A stretch of DNA of 63,892 nt, filler included, from Olpidium bornovanus S191 (GCA_017911155.1; 29 parts of 29 records of this genome joined end to end with filler, not necessarily neighbours in it), one strand, 5' to 3'; shown: positions 37,445-48,926, numbered from the whole stretch's first letter. Numbers and translations: made by a program. Notes: a model not told the origin generated them from the sequence alone.

Positions 37445-37685
37445 AACCCTCAACGGTGGAGGGTTGGCGCGCTCCTCGGGTTCGAGAACCTCGGCTAGGC
37501 GCCCGTACGATCGAAGGCTCTTTCGAAAGCCTACAGAGGGCACGCGTGCCCGACAGCGGAGAAGTCCCTTGCCGCCTGGCAGCGATAGAGCCTCGGGCTA
37601 TCCTCAACAGCAACCTGCGAACTCACGTCGGGTCGAATTAATACCCGACAGCGGGGCTCCGTGCTCGTGTGCCGTTGCACACGGG
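37445..37685. ncRNA. Candidate structured RNA / hairpin cluster of unknown class
   Basis: At least six stem-loops in 241 bp, including three perfect 7-bp stems (37445-37465, 37627-37649, 37666-37683) and a 14-bp palindrome GGGCACGCGTGCCC (37538-37551). Confidence 0.3.
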
Positions 37686-37865
37686 GGCAGTCTCTTTAGC
37701 CAGAGGGGTGATGTGGTTGGCGAGGGTTCCCGCGTGTGGCGCTATTGGGGGGGGGGGCTCTTCTATTGGCGGGCTCCGAGGAGGACTATTCTATTGGTCG
37801 GGCCCCGAGTCCAGGGGCCGCCTTACCTCCGTCTCCTGCCCGCCGCCCGTCGTCGCCCTCCGCTT
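37681..37865 (-). promoter_or_regulatory. Dispersed repeat, copy 1: three CCAAT boxes plus GC-box-like motifs
   Basis: ATTGG at 37744, 37765 and 37793; clearly homologous to the reverse complement of about 62240-62573. Confidence 0.6.
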
Positions 37866-37984
37866 CTCCATTAAGCCTCCCTTCAACATTTTTCAACCAG
37901 ATTTCGCTGAAACCCGTCGCAAAATAAAAAACACGTGGAAATTGTGAGTTGTGGAGTGCGCTTGAAAGAAGTATTGCGAGTTTT

Positions 37985-38110
37985 GCGAGTTAAACTCGGC
38001 ATGATCGCGGCAGCCGCCACATTCCCCGACTGTCGCCCGTACTAGTTCATACGTTGAGCCCGGCACAACATCACCTTCCGCCATCTTCTCCCGAACGCGC
38101 CACGCCTTAA
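37985..38110 (-). mobile_element. Possible decayed retro-integrase HHCC zinc-finger remnant
   Basis: ..VVPGSTYELVRATVGECGGCR resembles the integrase WPG....V...V..C..C motif; weak. Confidence 0.3.
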
Positions 38111-39077
38111 GACAGACAGGCAAACACACTTTGACGAAATAGATCCCTAACACACTTTTCAGTCCGGAATGTGTCATCAGATAAGCCACAGCAATCGCAC
38201 ATGGTACGTAACATTAGGCATTTCAATAATGTATACACTATAGTAACTGTAAATTGCTTTACCATAAAGGAATACATGGCGACAGTCCCTATGGTCAAGG
38301 TGTTTTGCCAGGGAAAGTGGTTTCAGGGCATTCAGAACGTGGATCGTGCTCCATGACTTGCTAATCTTTTAACCCGCCCCAAAATTTTTCAAAACATTTA
38401 CACGCGCGTTCCCCAATTCGCAATTTCCCAAAAAAACTAAGTTTGACAAACCCATATTCCCTTTTGTATTTCCCTTAAAACGCCAATTCGTTCCTCAAAC
38501 GTCCGCCCTTTCTCCTTTCCTCCCCCCCAGACATACACAAAGCCAGAGTAAGAGATTGAAAGTGCAAAAAAGGGAAATTTACGTATGAAGACCAGCTGCA
38601 CAAGCGTATTGGCATGGCTGAGTTTTTGGGGTTCTGCCGGGTTGTCCCAAGTTTTCCGCTCTATGGCAGAATGAGCCAACTTTATCCTTTATGATGTTCC
38701 CCTCCACGATGTTCCCCTCTCGATAAGGTTTTCTTCCTCTCTCTGATGACGAGTTTCTGATTTGTTCCCTAATCTGTAAATCCACCCCAAAGAATGGGCG
38801 CCCGCCCAGCCGTCTGCTGCGGCCAGGCGGGTTCACTGGCGGCGGCTGCGGGTGCTCCGGATTACCCAAATTCCTACCTTTACGTCTCCACTGCCTGTGT
38901 GCGTTGCACCGTTTCAAAAATCAGGGTTGCATTCCCTCTCACCCCCGCCTTCCTCACTCCCTCTTCACCCCCACATCGTTGGCATCTGTCGCAGTCAGCG
39001 CGGAAAAACGCTCCGCGTGCCCCATCGCATGCACACTTATGTCGGGTGGCGTTGAGAAGGCAGGGGGTCGCGGGGGG

Positions 39078-39267
39078 TGTTGAGACAGCCCCTCGTAGAC
39101 GCACGCATGGCGTGTAGCAATTTCACAATTAAAGATATGCTATCCCAGACACAAAAATGAGTCTCAGCCCCATAGCTTGGGTACCTTCCCCTATTCAAAA
39201 TTGAACCATCTTCACCGTCCGCGCATCCGCTAATCCGATGTCGCAAACCTCGCTCGAATCATCAACA
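39078..39267 (+). mobile_element. Putative 190-bp 3' LTR
   Basis: Starts TGTTGA and ends TCAACA (6-bp inverted termini, TG..CA). Immediately preceded by a G-rich polypurine-like tract (GGGGGTCGCGGGGGG), the arrangement typical of copia PPT-LTR junctions. Confidence 0.5.
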
Positions 39268-39680
39268 TGAGGCTGGTTCGGGGGAAAAAAAGGGAGGGGG
39301 AAGGGGGGAAGACGTCTTCCACCTTCCCCCCCGCGTCCCTAGCCGTCCTGTGGCGTCCACTACATCGAGACATCCTTCGCTGTTAAGCGCCCGTGACACC
39401 TGGTGGACGATGGCCGCACTCGTCTGCGTCGCGTGCGCCGAACTCTCCTGTATCCTGCACGCAGGTGCATGGCACGCTGAGCACTGGAAAGCAGGCGTCG
39501 CAATGACCGCGTAGAGGGGCGGAACGACCCACGGAATCCCAGGTGAGCGGTCACGAGAAAGACCGGCACCGTCCCGATGAACTCCAGCATTTGCCTTTTC
39601 TTGTGAATGGGACACAGATGCGTGTCTTTTCCACATGGGTGGGGAGGTCTATTGCCTTTTTCTTTTGTAACATCGCAAAT

Positions 39681-41770
39681 TCATCCGAAATGCATGAGCA
39701 CCTGCTTCTTGTTTTTCTTTTTCCTCATGCCAGGTGTTTCTCCAGCCGGGCTGCCGCCCGACGCTCCGGCGTCTTCCAAAGAAAGCGCAAGGGCGAGCGC
39801 AAGGTCCGCGTCCTCATGATTCGTGGGCTCACGTGGTCTGCCGGATGCCCAGGCCGACGCTACATTGACAAAGCTCTTGCTGCCATGCCAAGCAGGTCTT
39901 GTAGGTAAGGAAGGCTCCGGCAAGGACGGGAAAGCTTCCGTGTTCCGGACCATCAACGATGACTGCGTTACCGATGTTGGTTTGCGAGCGGACCTGTCAC
40001 CGGATAGCCGACCAGGCGATCTCGGCTCCGGCGGACCATCTTCTGCCCATTGAGGCATTACCGTGGGAGCAGATGGCGGTCTTGGTGAAGGCGGACTCAC
40101 GCGGCCGTTACTTGAGCCTGCGGCCGTTAGACTGCTAGTGGAAGACGCGGCAGCGGCCACCCTATCCCACGCCTTCCGGCCGCCGGACTGACCGGACCGG
40201 GCGGCTGTCGAGCCACGCGATTTGATCACGAGGACTTTCCGCGCGGCAGTGGCTTGTCCTGGACTCGCGGGAGCAGCAGCGGGCCTCCGGCCAGCAGCGA
40301 CGGCAGCGGCGGACGATGCGGGAAGGTCTGGGTACTCATTTCGCAGCTAAAGGAAAATAAGCGATAGGTTGTCAACGGCGAACATCGGAATCGGATGGTA
40401 TTCCGAAACGATTCCCAAGTCACAGGGAGAGATACGAACAGCAGCTTTTTTGTCACGCCATGCCCGCAGCAATGCTAGCCCCTTTTCCCCATCGGAATTG
40501 GGAAGCAGGTTAACCATCCCGCTAACGACTTTGCCGAGATGATCCTCCATCATGGGTCCGGCAAACAAGCGGGTCATGCTTTCAACAAACTGCTCAGGGG
40601 CCACGATCCTGCTTCGATAGCCGTTTGCGTGGGTTTTGAACTGGGCCAGCTTCAAGCTGTCGTTCTTTAGGTACGAGGAGACGCGCGCGAGGAAGTCGCC
40701 TTGTTGCCTGTGAGCGGGAGAGGGCAGCAAGCTTCGTTCAGTGTATCAAGTAATATCATGTAAAAATTATAATCCACTACCAAGCGTACTTCGCCGTGGC
40801 CGGGGATGCGGTCGGCCTCTGCGTTGTTTCCACTTCTGCCCAGACATCTTCCCCAACCGTGGAAGTCGATGACGTATAAGCACCATGACCTGCTTGGGCC
40901 CTCGCAACAAGTGTGGCAGCCGTGGTCGCCGGCGTGGAAACAGGCAGATTTCTGCCTGTACTACCAATCAATTCCCCAAGGCCTGGCCACTGCTCGTCCT
41001 GCTGGCGTTGGCGCTCGGCCTGCAACTGCTGCTGTCGGTGCAGCTCCGCATTCCGTAAATCTTCCTCCGACTGAGTAGATGCACCACCGGCAGCATTGAA
41101 GGCACCAAATCCCGCGGGAGCCCGGGAACGCAGAGAAAATGATGACGCCCCCTCTGCGGCAATCGATGCGCTGCTGCTGCCGCCACCGCCACCTGGAGGT
41201 GAATGATCAACCACGTCCGGGCGATCGCCTGAGCGGTTTCGTTGGTACACAGGCTGTGAATGTCGCTACAAAACGATGGTCAGGTTCATAAAAACAAATT
41301 TGACCGGTCGATCCCAATCCCATCACCGTACGTACTGTTCTGTGGTCCACGTAGCATTCTCGTTGCCCGCTGCCTCCGCGATTTGCTTTGTACTGTTGTG
41401 CACTTCCAGCATAGTTGAAATCCATCTGAACTTGCAGCTGTCGCCGGCGATCTGATCGCTGTCTGTAAGAACTGGATCCCAAAATATAATGCACCTCGCT
41501 CTCGTGGGCCTTCAAATCCAAGTCGGTCGGAAATACGACAAACTTCTGCGCAAGACATTGGGGATCGTTGCAGAGAAAGTGGTCGTTCCGAAAATGATCT
41601 TCCTGGACGTAAATCAGTCCAGTGAGTAGCCAGATTAGCCTTCTTCCACTTTAAACCAGCAGCTGAAACGTCTATATACAATCAATAAGGACTACATACC
41701 AGGCTGTCATAATCTGCAAAGTATTGGTGGATAGCTCCCGGAACACCCATATTTTTGCAGACAAAACATG
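39681..41770 (-). CDS. HEL2: Ribosome-quality-control E3 ubiquitin ligase Hel2/ZNF598, 3' half
   Basis: HQYFADYDSL|EDHFRNDHFLCNDPQCLAQKFVVFPTDLDLKAHESEVH (C2H2), PAH-like LLARVSSYLKNDSLKLAQFK..LVNLLP-type segment, and C-terminus RKKKNKKQVLMHFG*. Confidence 0.9.
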
Positions 41771-41894
41771 NNNNNNNNNNNNNNNNNNNNNNNNNNNNNN
41801 NNNNNNNNNNNNNNTTAATTAATTAANNNNNNNNNNNNNNNNNNNNNNNNNNNNNNNNNNNNNNNNNNNNCATGCGATTTGGAACAATTCATTT

Positions 41895-41995
41895 CTTCCG
41901 TATGAGAGAGAGAAAGAGAGAGAGAGAGAGAGCGAGAAAGTGAGAGTGAGAGTGAGAGAGTAAGAGGGTGAGAGAAAGAAAGAGAGAGAGATAGC
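41895..41995. repeat. Imperfect (GA)n / (GAGT)n microsatellite
   Basis: Direct observation. Confidence 0.9.
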
Positions 41996-42352
41996 TTTCC
42001 ACCCAGATTTGCCGACTGCACCAAGAGCACGGGCTCCCATCCGGCGGATCCATTTCAAACTTGGGAATTAAAAGGAAAAAAAAACCGCCAACGCTTCGGG
42101 CTTTCCGTTCCGCGGTGTCTCTGACGGCCGGTTTGAAAGTGATGAATTCGTTTCGTCCCAAAACCGTCTCCAAGCGCGGGAATGAAAAAAAAATGCAGGC
42201 AAATTTGAATGGAAATGTTTGAAAACAGGAATCAGCTGCCGGGTGGGACGTGTCAGGACAAAAAAAAAACAACAAATTTTAAATGTATACATGTTGGGCT
42301 ACAAAAAAACAAAAAAAAGGTATAAAATCTTAATCTAAATTCTGACCATCGA

Positions 42353-43416
42353 TCACACAGGGCATCCCGGCTGCAAGCTGATCTGGACCTGACTTGATAT
42401 CTCTCCTCCCGCGATCGCGGCGGGCGGACACGCCGCCCTGGGTATTGTGTGCGATTTCCTCCGGCGTCCGGGGCCGCCGGAGCCGGAGGCGGCTGAATCG
42501 GTTGGCCGTCTCGCTCTGTCGGCCGCCGCGGAACTCTCGACCGGGGCCGCCGCTGCCGGGCCGGCCGCGCCTGTCTCGGGGGCGGCGGCGGGGGCCGGCG
42601 TGGGCGCCGTCCGCGCGACTGCGGCGCACCTGGCGTTGCTCGGCCCAGCGGTGTACGCGGGGCGCATCATTTCGTTCTGCCAGGCCTTGAGGCGTGCGTA
42701 CTCCGGGCCGCCGGACACGCCGCCCCCGTTTCGCGGCAGAGGGCCGTTCCCCGGGTACATCCCGGACATGGGCAGATCACCGAACAGGCTCGCTCGGTGG
42801 GGGTCAAACGGAGAAAGAAAGTACCCGGGGGCAAAGCCTCGAGCCCCTTACGACGGGAAAACGACCGCGGGATGTAAAATAACGTGAAGAACAGTAATGG
42901 TGAGATAACTCCTTACCCCCGGGCCCCTTTCCGATTCCCCTCGCCGCCGGACGTACCGCAGGGTAAATTAGGACGAAGAGCCGGCGCCGGGAATTCCATT
43001 TCCGTCCACGCGTACGCGCAGCCGCCGCCAGAGTCCCAGGCCGCTTGCTCCGGGAATTCCGGCGCGCGGTTCGCCGGCCCGGCGCCGTGCCGCCTCTTGG
43101 CCGCGTGCGAGCGGGCTGCCGCGCCTGCCGGAGGCTGCGGCATCGGATGGTCGGGTTCGCGCGCCGGCGGCGGCAGCGTTTTCGCCAGGGAGGGGTCGAA
43201 GATGTGCTGTCTGTCCCGGAGCCTCCGCTGCCGTTGTTGACACTGCCTTCGGTCCTCGAGGCGCGCCAGTTTCTCCCGGAGTCCGCAGATCTGCGCCTCC
43301 ACGTCCTCCAGATCCTCGCTGTGGCTCCTCGATGACCGCGCGGAATCTGCCGTCGCGACGTCTGGCGTCTCGACGGTGCCGCGACCTGTTGCCGCGACAT
43401 CGCCACTCGGCGCATG
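42353..43416 (-). CDS. Possible hypothetical protein with a short coiled coil
   Basis: ..EDLEDVEAQICGLREKLARLEDRR.., and a downstream ORF with PEYARLKAWQNEMMRP; no family recognised. Confidence 0.3.
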
Positions 43417-43516
43417 NNNNNNNNNNNNNNNNNNNNNNNNNNNNNNNNNNNNNNNNNNNNTTAATTAATTAANNNNNNNNNNNNNNNNNNNNNNNNNNNN
43501 NNNNNNNNNNNNNNNN

Positions 43517-45572
43517 ACATGACGGCTGCGTTCGGCACGGACCGCAAGAGATGCGCAGTCACGCCGCCGTACAGCGCTTTTGGACCTTCTTCCCGGAGGA
43601 CGAGCAGGAAACACTGCCTTAGTCCCGTGTACTTAGGTATTCCTTCCGCAGTCGGTGCTTGTCGTAGCCGTGTCCGGACGACCTGTACGCGGCACAACGC
43701 GGCGGTGAGTACCGTACGCCAAGTCCGTCACCGCCCAACCAGACTCGCCTGGTCACCGCTTCGGGTTTGGCAAAGACTTCCGCCGACCTCGTGGGGGTAC
43801 GCCACAGCGGCTGCGATGAACTTCGCGATTCCCGCTGCGCAGAAATTGTCTATCATGTCTGCGAACAGCTGATAGTATTAGCCGTTTCGCCTTGAAGAGG
43901 GGATCCGGCGAGCACGGCCTTTTCAACAAGACACACCTCTATTGGATTTTATCCGCTTGCCATCCCGGTACTCAATGGTGCCGGCATCAACTTCAAAGCG
44001 TTCTCGCCTCTCGGATAGGCGTTTCTTTAATTTCTCGTACACCACCCACTGCAACGCGCTTTCAGAAATACCTTCATCCACGGCCAAAAGGAATAACAAA
44101 GATCAGCAATCTGTCGCCAGCAACACTCGTATTTTGCACACCAAGGGAATTTCCGAGACCTTGGTCGGCCAAAACCAAGGCGCGTTCTTACCGAGGTACG
44201 ACGCTGTAATGCCCCGGTACAGGCCAGGAATGCCTTCTGCGCGAACGGTCTGTTTGATGCAGTCCAACACGCCCTTGTATTGCACGGATTCAGGTACAAC
44301 ACCGGCGTTGGATTGCAGTTGCAGTCGAGTCTTCACCATCCATATCGGGTTTGTTATGGTGGACGTTACTGCGCCTGCGGTTTTCCAAGCGACATTACAA
44401 AAATCCCGTTAGCTCGAGTCACTTCCTATGTATAGTAACTTCATAGCATTCAAAAACACGCAGTGCTTGGGCAAAGAATGTTCATTTCTAACCTGCAACC
44501 GCTGCTGACGACACATGCACTGCCGGAGTTTCCCGCCCATTGTGAAAAGATGCAAGGAAATGCTTTGTGTTCCCGTACACGAAAAAGTTAATGGCACTTA
44601 GGACGGGTGAAGTCGAAGTTAGATTGCGCCACTCGCCACAGGCGTGGACTTCGTTCCCGCAGAAGGCTGCCTCGCAGATTTTTGACCCGTCGTGTCACCG
44701 CGTACCGTGACGGAACCACCCCAACAAGATTCGCGCTGAGGCCCTTGTACCAGGCGAGAAAACCTTCCGTCTTGTACACGTGCCTTAATAACGAGTTGCA
44801 ATGCATCCGGGATAAGTTTAGAGCACCGTGAGGTCAGGCGACCAAATGGGCGTGAGACGGCCGACCTAAGTATCACAACAGTGTCTTTAAAGGGCGCCAA
44901 TGCTCTCACTGCGTAGCTCTGCGGATTGGTACTTGGCGACCTGTACAGAGATGACTAAGACGCACGTAATTAAATAAATGGTACGCGGGTAAGCTGGGCG
45001 AGCCGCGGCCCAAAAAAGAACGCTTTCCGGCTGCACGTCAGCGGACTGCTGCACGGCCAACAAGCTGTCCTGCAGAAAACGACAAACCCAAAAAGTACCT
45101 GCAGCCGCGTCTTGATCACGTCCAGTGGGCTAGTCAACACAGCTCCTGCGGACGCTCCGACACTGCTCCCAACACGCGGGAAAGTTTCGTCGGGCGCAAG
45201 CGGGTGCACTCGTCAGCGGCGTCCCGACGCCCAGAGGAAAAGAGCTTCCTGCTATTGAAGCAGCTCCCCGTCGCGCCGGGGCCCCCTTTTTCCCGCCCGC
45301 GCCCGCCTCGTGCGGCGGCCCCTATTTCGTTTCCCCTTCCTTCGGCCGCCCGCCACGGGCACGCACCCTCCGGCGACAAAATGTAGCCATTGCAGCCGCG
45401 CGGCTGCGGCTGTTGGAGAGACTCCGGCGGCGGCGGCGGCAGCCGTTGCCGCGAGGGGGGCGTCCGCGGCCGGCAGCAGGGCCTTTGGTTCCGGCCCGGC
45501 CGGCCTCCGCACTTGGTGGTGCACCGCGAACGGCACGACGCCGCCGTGGACGGGGCCTGCTGCCGACGCCAT
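43517..45572 (-). CDS. RIM2: Mitochondrial carrier, RIM2/SLC25A33/36 (pyrimidine nucleotide) type, 3'-truncated
   Basis: Three carrier repeats: LHFVAGG..GAVLTSPLDVIKTRLQ, TNPIWMVKTRLQLQ..EGIPGLYRGITASYLG, and AYPHEV..RTRLRQAP..KYTGLRQCFLLVLREEGPKALYGGVTAHLLRSVPNAAVM. Confidence 0.9.
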
Positions 45573-45847
45573 AGCGCGTGCAGTTTGCCCGGCTGGCTAC
45601 TCGCGGCTGAGGGCGTAGTAGGTTTCGCGTGGAGGACGTGGCGGGAGGGAGCGTGGTGGGAAGCAGGGGAAGAAGGGGCCGGGCGGGAAGAGGGGGGGGG
45701 GGGGGGGGGGGGGCCGGGGGGGGGGGGGGGGGGCGCCCCGGGGGGGGNNNNNNNNNNNNNNNNNNNNNNNNNNNNNNNNNNNNNNNNNNNNTTAATTAAT
45801 TAANNNNNNNNNNNNNNNNNNNNNNNNNNNNNNNNNNNNNNNNNNNN

Positions 45848-47329
45848 ATGGCGTTGAAGGAAGCACGGCATCGATTTGTTCGGTTCGACGGCGCGATGGT
45901 GCGCTCCGACCGGACAAGGAGCATAGACGTTTTCCGGAGTGATCCCGACGTCCCTGTCATACTCATGTCTCTGAAAGCCGGCGGCGTAGGGTATGTGCTG
46001 TTAATCGGCAAGCGCTTCCATCTACGTTGTCTTAAACTGATTCCGCAAGGCTCCAGATTGAACCTGACGTGCGCGCAACGGGTATATCTCATGGATCCGT
46101 ACTGGTGAGCGTTTTTCGTACCTCAGTTCCAGGGAACGGTTCGATATCGCTGGAGTTTAGTGGTTCGGACGATTTAGGAATCCTGCCGTTGAATCGCAAG
46201 CCATTGATCGCGTTCATCGGATTGGTCAAGAGAAGCCTGTGACGTGCGTTCGCTTCATCATGAAAGTGAGTAAAGCTGACCGTCTGATTTAAGAGATTTG
46301 CCAAAGACGACACGCAGAGAGGGGTTTGGGGTCATGAGCAAGAGCCGGTTGAGAGGGGGAGAAAACGAAAGGTAAAAAACAACAAAAACAAAAATAAAAT
46401 ATAAGGGCCAATTGGTCTTCGTCTGGCGCCAGAATTCGATCGAGGAAAACATGATCCAGCTGCAAGAGAGAAAACTACGGTTATCAGAAATTACATTTGA
46501 GAAACCGTCGAAACAGGATGTAATCAATCGGCGGTCCAAGGACGTCAGGTTCCTGGTATACGGAGAGCAAGAAGTGGACGGCAGCGGCAGGCCATCTCCT
46601 AGGTTTCCAAGCACCAACCCAGATTTTGCCAGACCAGTGTCCGCCGCGGCCAAGCAACAGCTATCTCAGCTTATCCCAGTTGTAGCCCGCTCCGCTGCGA
46701 CGCCGGCCCACGCTGGACAGCCTGCCCACTCGTGTGATCCCGCGTTGCCGGTGGTTGAAAGCGCGGCTCCAAATGTTTCCGTCGAAACAATCAGACTAGA
46801 GCCACAGCCGGAAGTCAATGTCTTGGACGCCGAACCTTCGAAGGACAGCTCTCGCCTTAGTGCAAGTCCCCTGTCCAGCCTAACTCAGAGTTTGGACGCC
46901 ACGCGGACGGCGACGGCTTTTGACTGCACCCAGGAATTTCTACTATCACCGTCACGTCCTCGACCCGAAGCGTTTTCGCTGTCCGTCGACCAGGCCCCGG
47001 AAACTACGCAGATGTCGAAAGATATTCATGGCACCTCTGGGCTTCTAGTTTCACCGCCGCTTCTTCGTGCAACGGCAGGCGACCACCCGGAGGGGGCGAG
47101 CAGGGCCTCCTTGTCCCAGGTAGACGACTCTTCGGGAGCTCGCGTCATACCGTCATCCTCGGAGATTTTGCGCTCCTCCGCAGAACTGCATCGACGGTCG
47201 GCGGGTGCGGACCGAGGACCGCCCACGCCTGCGCCACCCGCCGCGGCCGCGCAACTCGGAGATTTGGAACATGTGTCCTCGGAGAGGCGGGAAACCGCTG
47301 TGCGTCACGTACATAATGCGGACGGGTGA
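45848..47329 (+). CDS. SNF2-family helicase of the Rad5/HLTF/Rad16 group, C-terminal exons
   Basis: FVRFDGAM..ILMSLKAGGVG|LNLTCAQRVYLMDPYW|NPAVESQAIDRVHRIGQEKPVTCVRFIMK|NSIEENMIQLQERK. Confidence 0.9.
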
Positions 47330-47790
47330 CTCTCGCCTATTTGGGCGGCCGCCTGGTGGCGCGGTCGACGAGGATATAGCTGAATTCGGCTTGCTTTTTC
47401 AGGCGAGGACGTTTTTTGTTGTTTTCTGCGGCTTACCTGAGAATATTTTCGTTGCAGGGCGAACCTCTTCTCATTTTGGCTTACCATTTTTCAGATACCC
47501 CGATAAATTCCGTTTACGCGAATTTGACAACACGCGTGGCGCGTTCCCCATGTCCACGCCACCGTCGTTTCCGTTGGGGGTGGGGGGCCGGGCGGGGGGG
47601 GGATTTCGTACCGGAGGGAATTTGGAATTGCGTGCGCGTTGCAACAACGGTGACGTGAGTGGAAGCCCGCCTTGGGCCGGGCAGGGCGGAATTTAGTTTT
47701 CGTTTGCCGTCCGGCGCAGTTCCGGCTTCGTTTCGGTTTTCGGTTGTTTTTTTTTTTTTTTTTTTTTTTTTTTTCCTTTTTTTTCTTTTA

Positions 47791-47860
47791 TAAGCTTAAC
47801 CTAAACCCTAAGCCCGGCCTTGGTTCTCACGGAAAATACCAGGGGAACCCTGGCACAAAT
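47791..47860 (+). repeat. Short dispersed repeat shared with 60687-60773
   Basis: Identical 17-mer TAAGCTTAACCTAAACC, followed by similar TCACGG..ATACCAGGG..ACCCTG.CA.AAA. Confidence 0.6.
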
Positions 47861-47999
47861 TGAAAAATGATCCACCCCAAACCGCGAAGTGAACAAAAAN
47901 NNNNNNNNNNNNNNNNNNNNNNNNNNNNNNNNNNNNNNNNNNNTTAATTAATTAANNNNNNNNNNNNNNNNNNNNNNNNNNNNNNNNNNNNNNNNNNNN

Positions 48000-48926
48000 T
48001 CATGCGAAAGGAACACATCGATCGGGCTCTTCACCTTCACACAACAAGGTAAACTTCCGTTAGGACAGCGTCAAAGTCGCATTGCTCGTTCTAAAAATAT
48101 TCATTTTCTTTGGCACACACCAGCGCCAACTTCTCCACGGCGAATCTTCGTACGTGGTATATCGACCTCAGGTCGCTGTCCGAATATGGGAGCTGTTCGT
48201 AGTATCCTGCATGTAGCGGGAAGACAATCAGCATACGTTGCAGACGCAAGAAATAAACTATCTTGCGTGTGTTCCGTTCTGACCTCTGTCATAATCCTGA
48301 CACTTGTATATCCCAGAAATTCCGGCTATTTTGAGCCCGCCGAAACCGATCACTCCGGCGTATCCGAGAAAGTAAATATTAGGGGCTACCCAACCGCCAT
48401 GGTACCTATGCCAGCCAGAGGTGGCGGAAAAGCCGACGGCCCGCAAGGCCAATCAGTCTACCTCTAGACAAAAAGCGTTTCCCGCGGAAGTTGTTTCGCA
48501 GGACCAGTCGACCGTCAACCGTCATACGCACAGCTCCCACAAGTAATTGCTGGCCTCGTGGTTGCCGCCGATGAAAAGCGTCGGGTACGGCGCCTTCTTC
48601 TCGCCGGTGTAGTACTGGTAGAAAGTCCCAAGCTGACGGTACTTCTGGGGACACGCCAAGCAGTCCATGTCTGCGGTGTTTCTAATCGACTGCAGCGTAT
48701 CGCGCCACGGACGCCCCTCAGCAAACGGAGCGGAAACGCGGTCAAGAGTTTCCACGCGAGGCACGGCACGATCGGGAGGCGAAGGAGAAGAGCGGCAACG
48801 TACCTGAAAGTCTCCGCATATAAGCAGGAGGTTAATCTTCACGTTCTCGCGCTGCTCCAGAAGCTTCAGGGTCCCGTAGATTGTGTCCAGCTCGCCATGG
48901 CAGCACCCCTCAACGGCGATTCTCAT
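48000..48926 (-). CDS. DBR1: RNA lariat debranching enzyme, 5' part
   Basis: [26 protein letters not shown]|[44 protein letters not shown]|[29 protein letters not shown]. Confidence 0.97.

Noticed and set aside
37478-37490. GGTTCGAGAACC as a tRNA/SINE B box
   Set aside because: No matching A box, no T-arm stem geometry and no cloverleaf.
37555-37695. RNase MRP/P RNA (GAAGTCCC ... GGGGCT resembling P4)
   Set aside because: Spacing of about 85 nt is too short, no P1-P3 helices were found and the CR-V consensus match is poor; kept only as an unclassified structured candidate.
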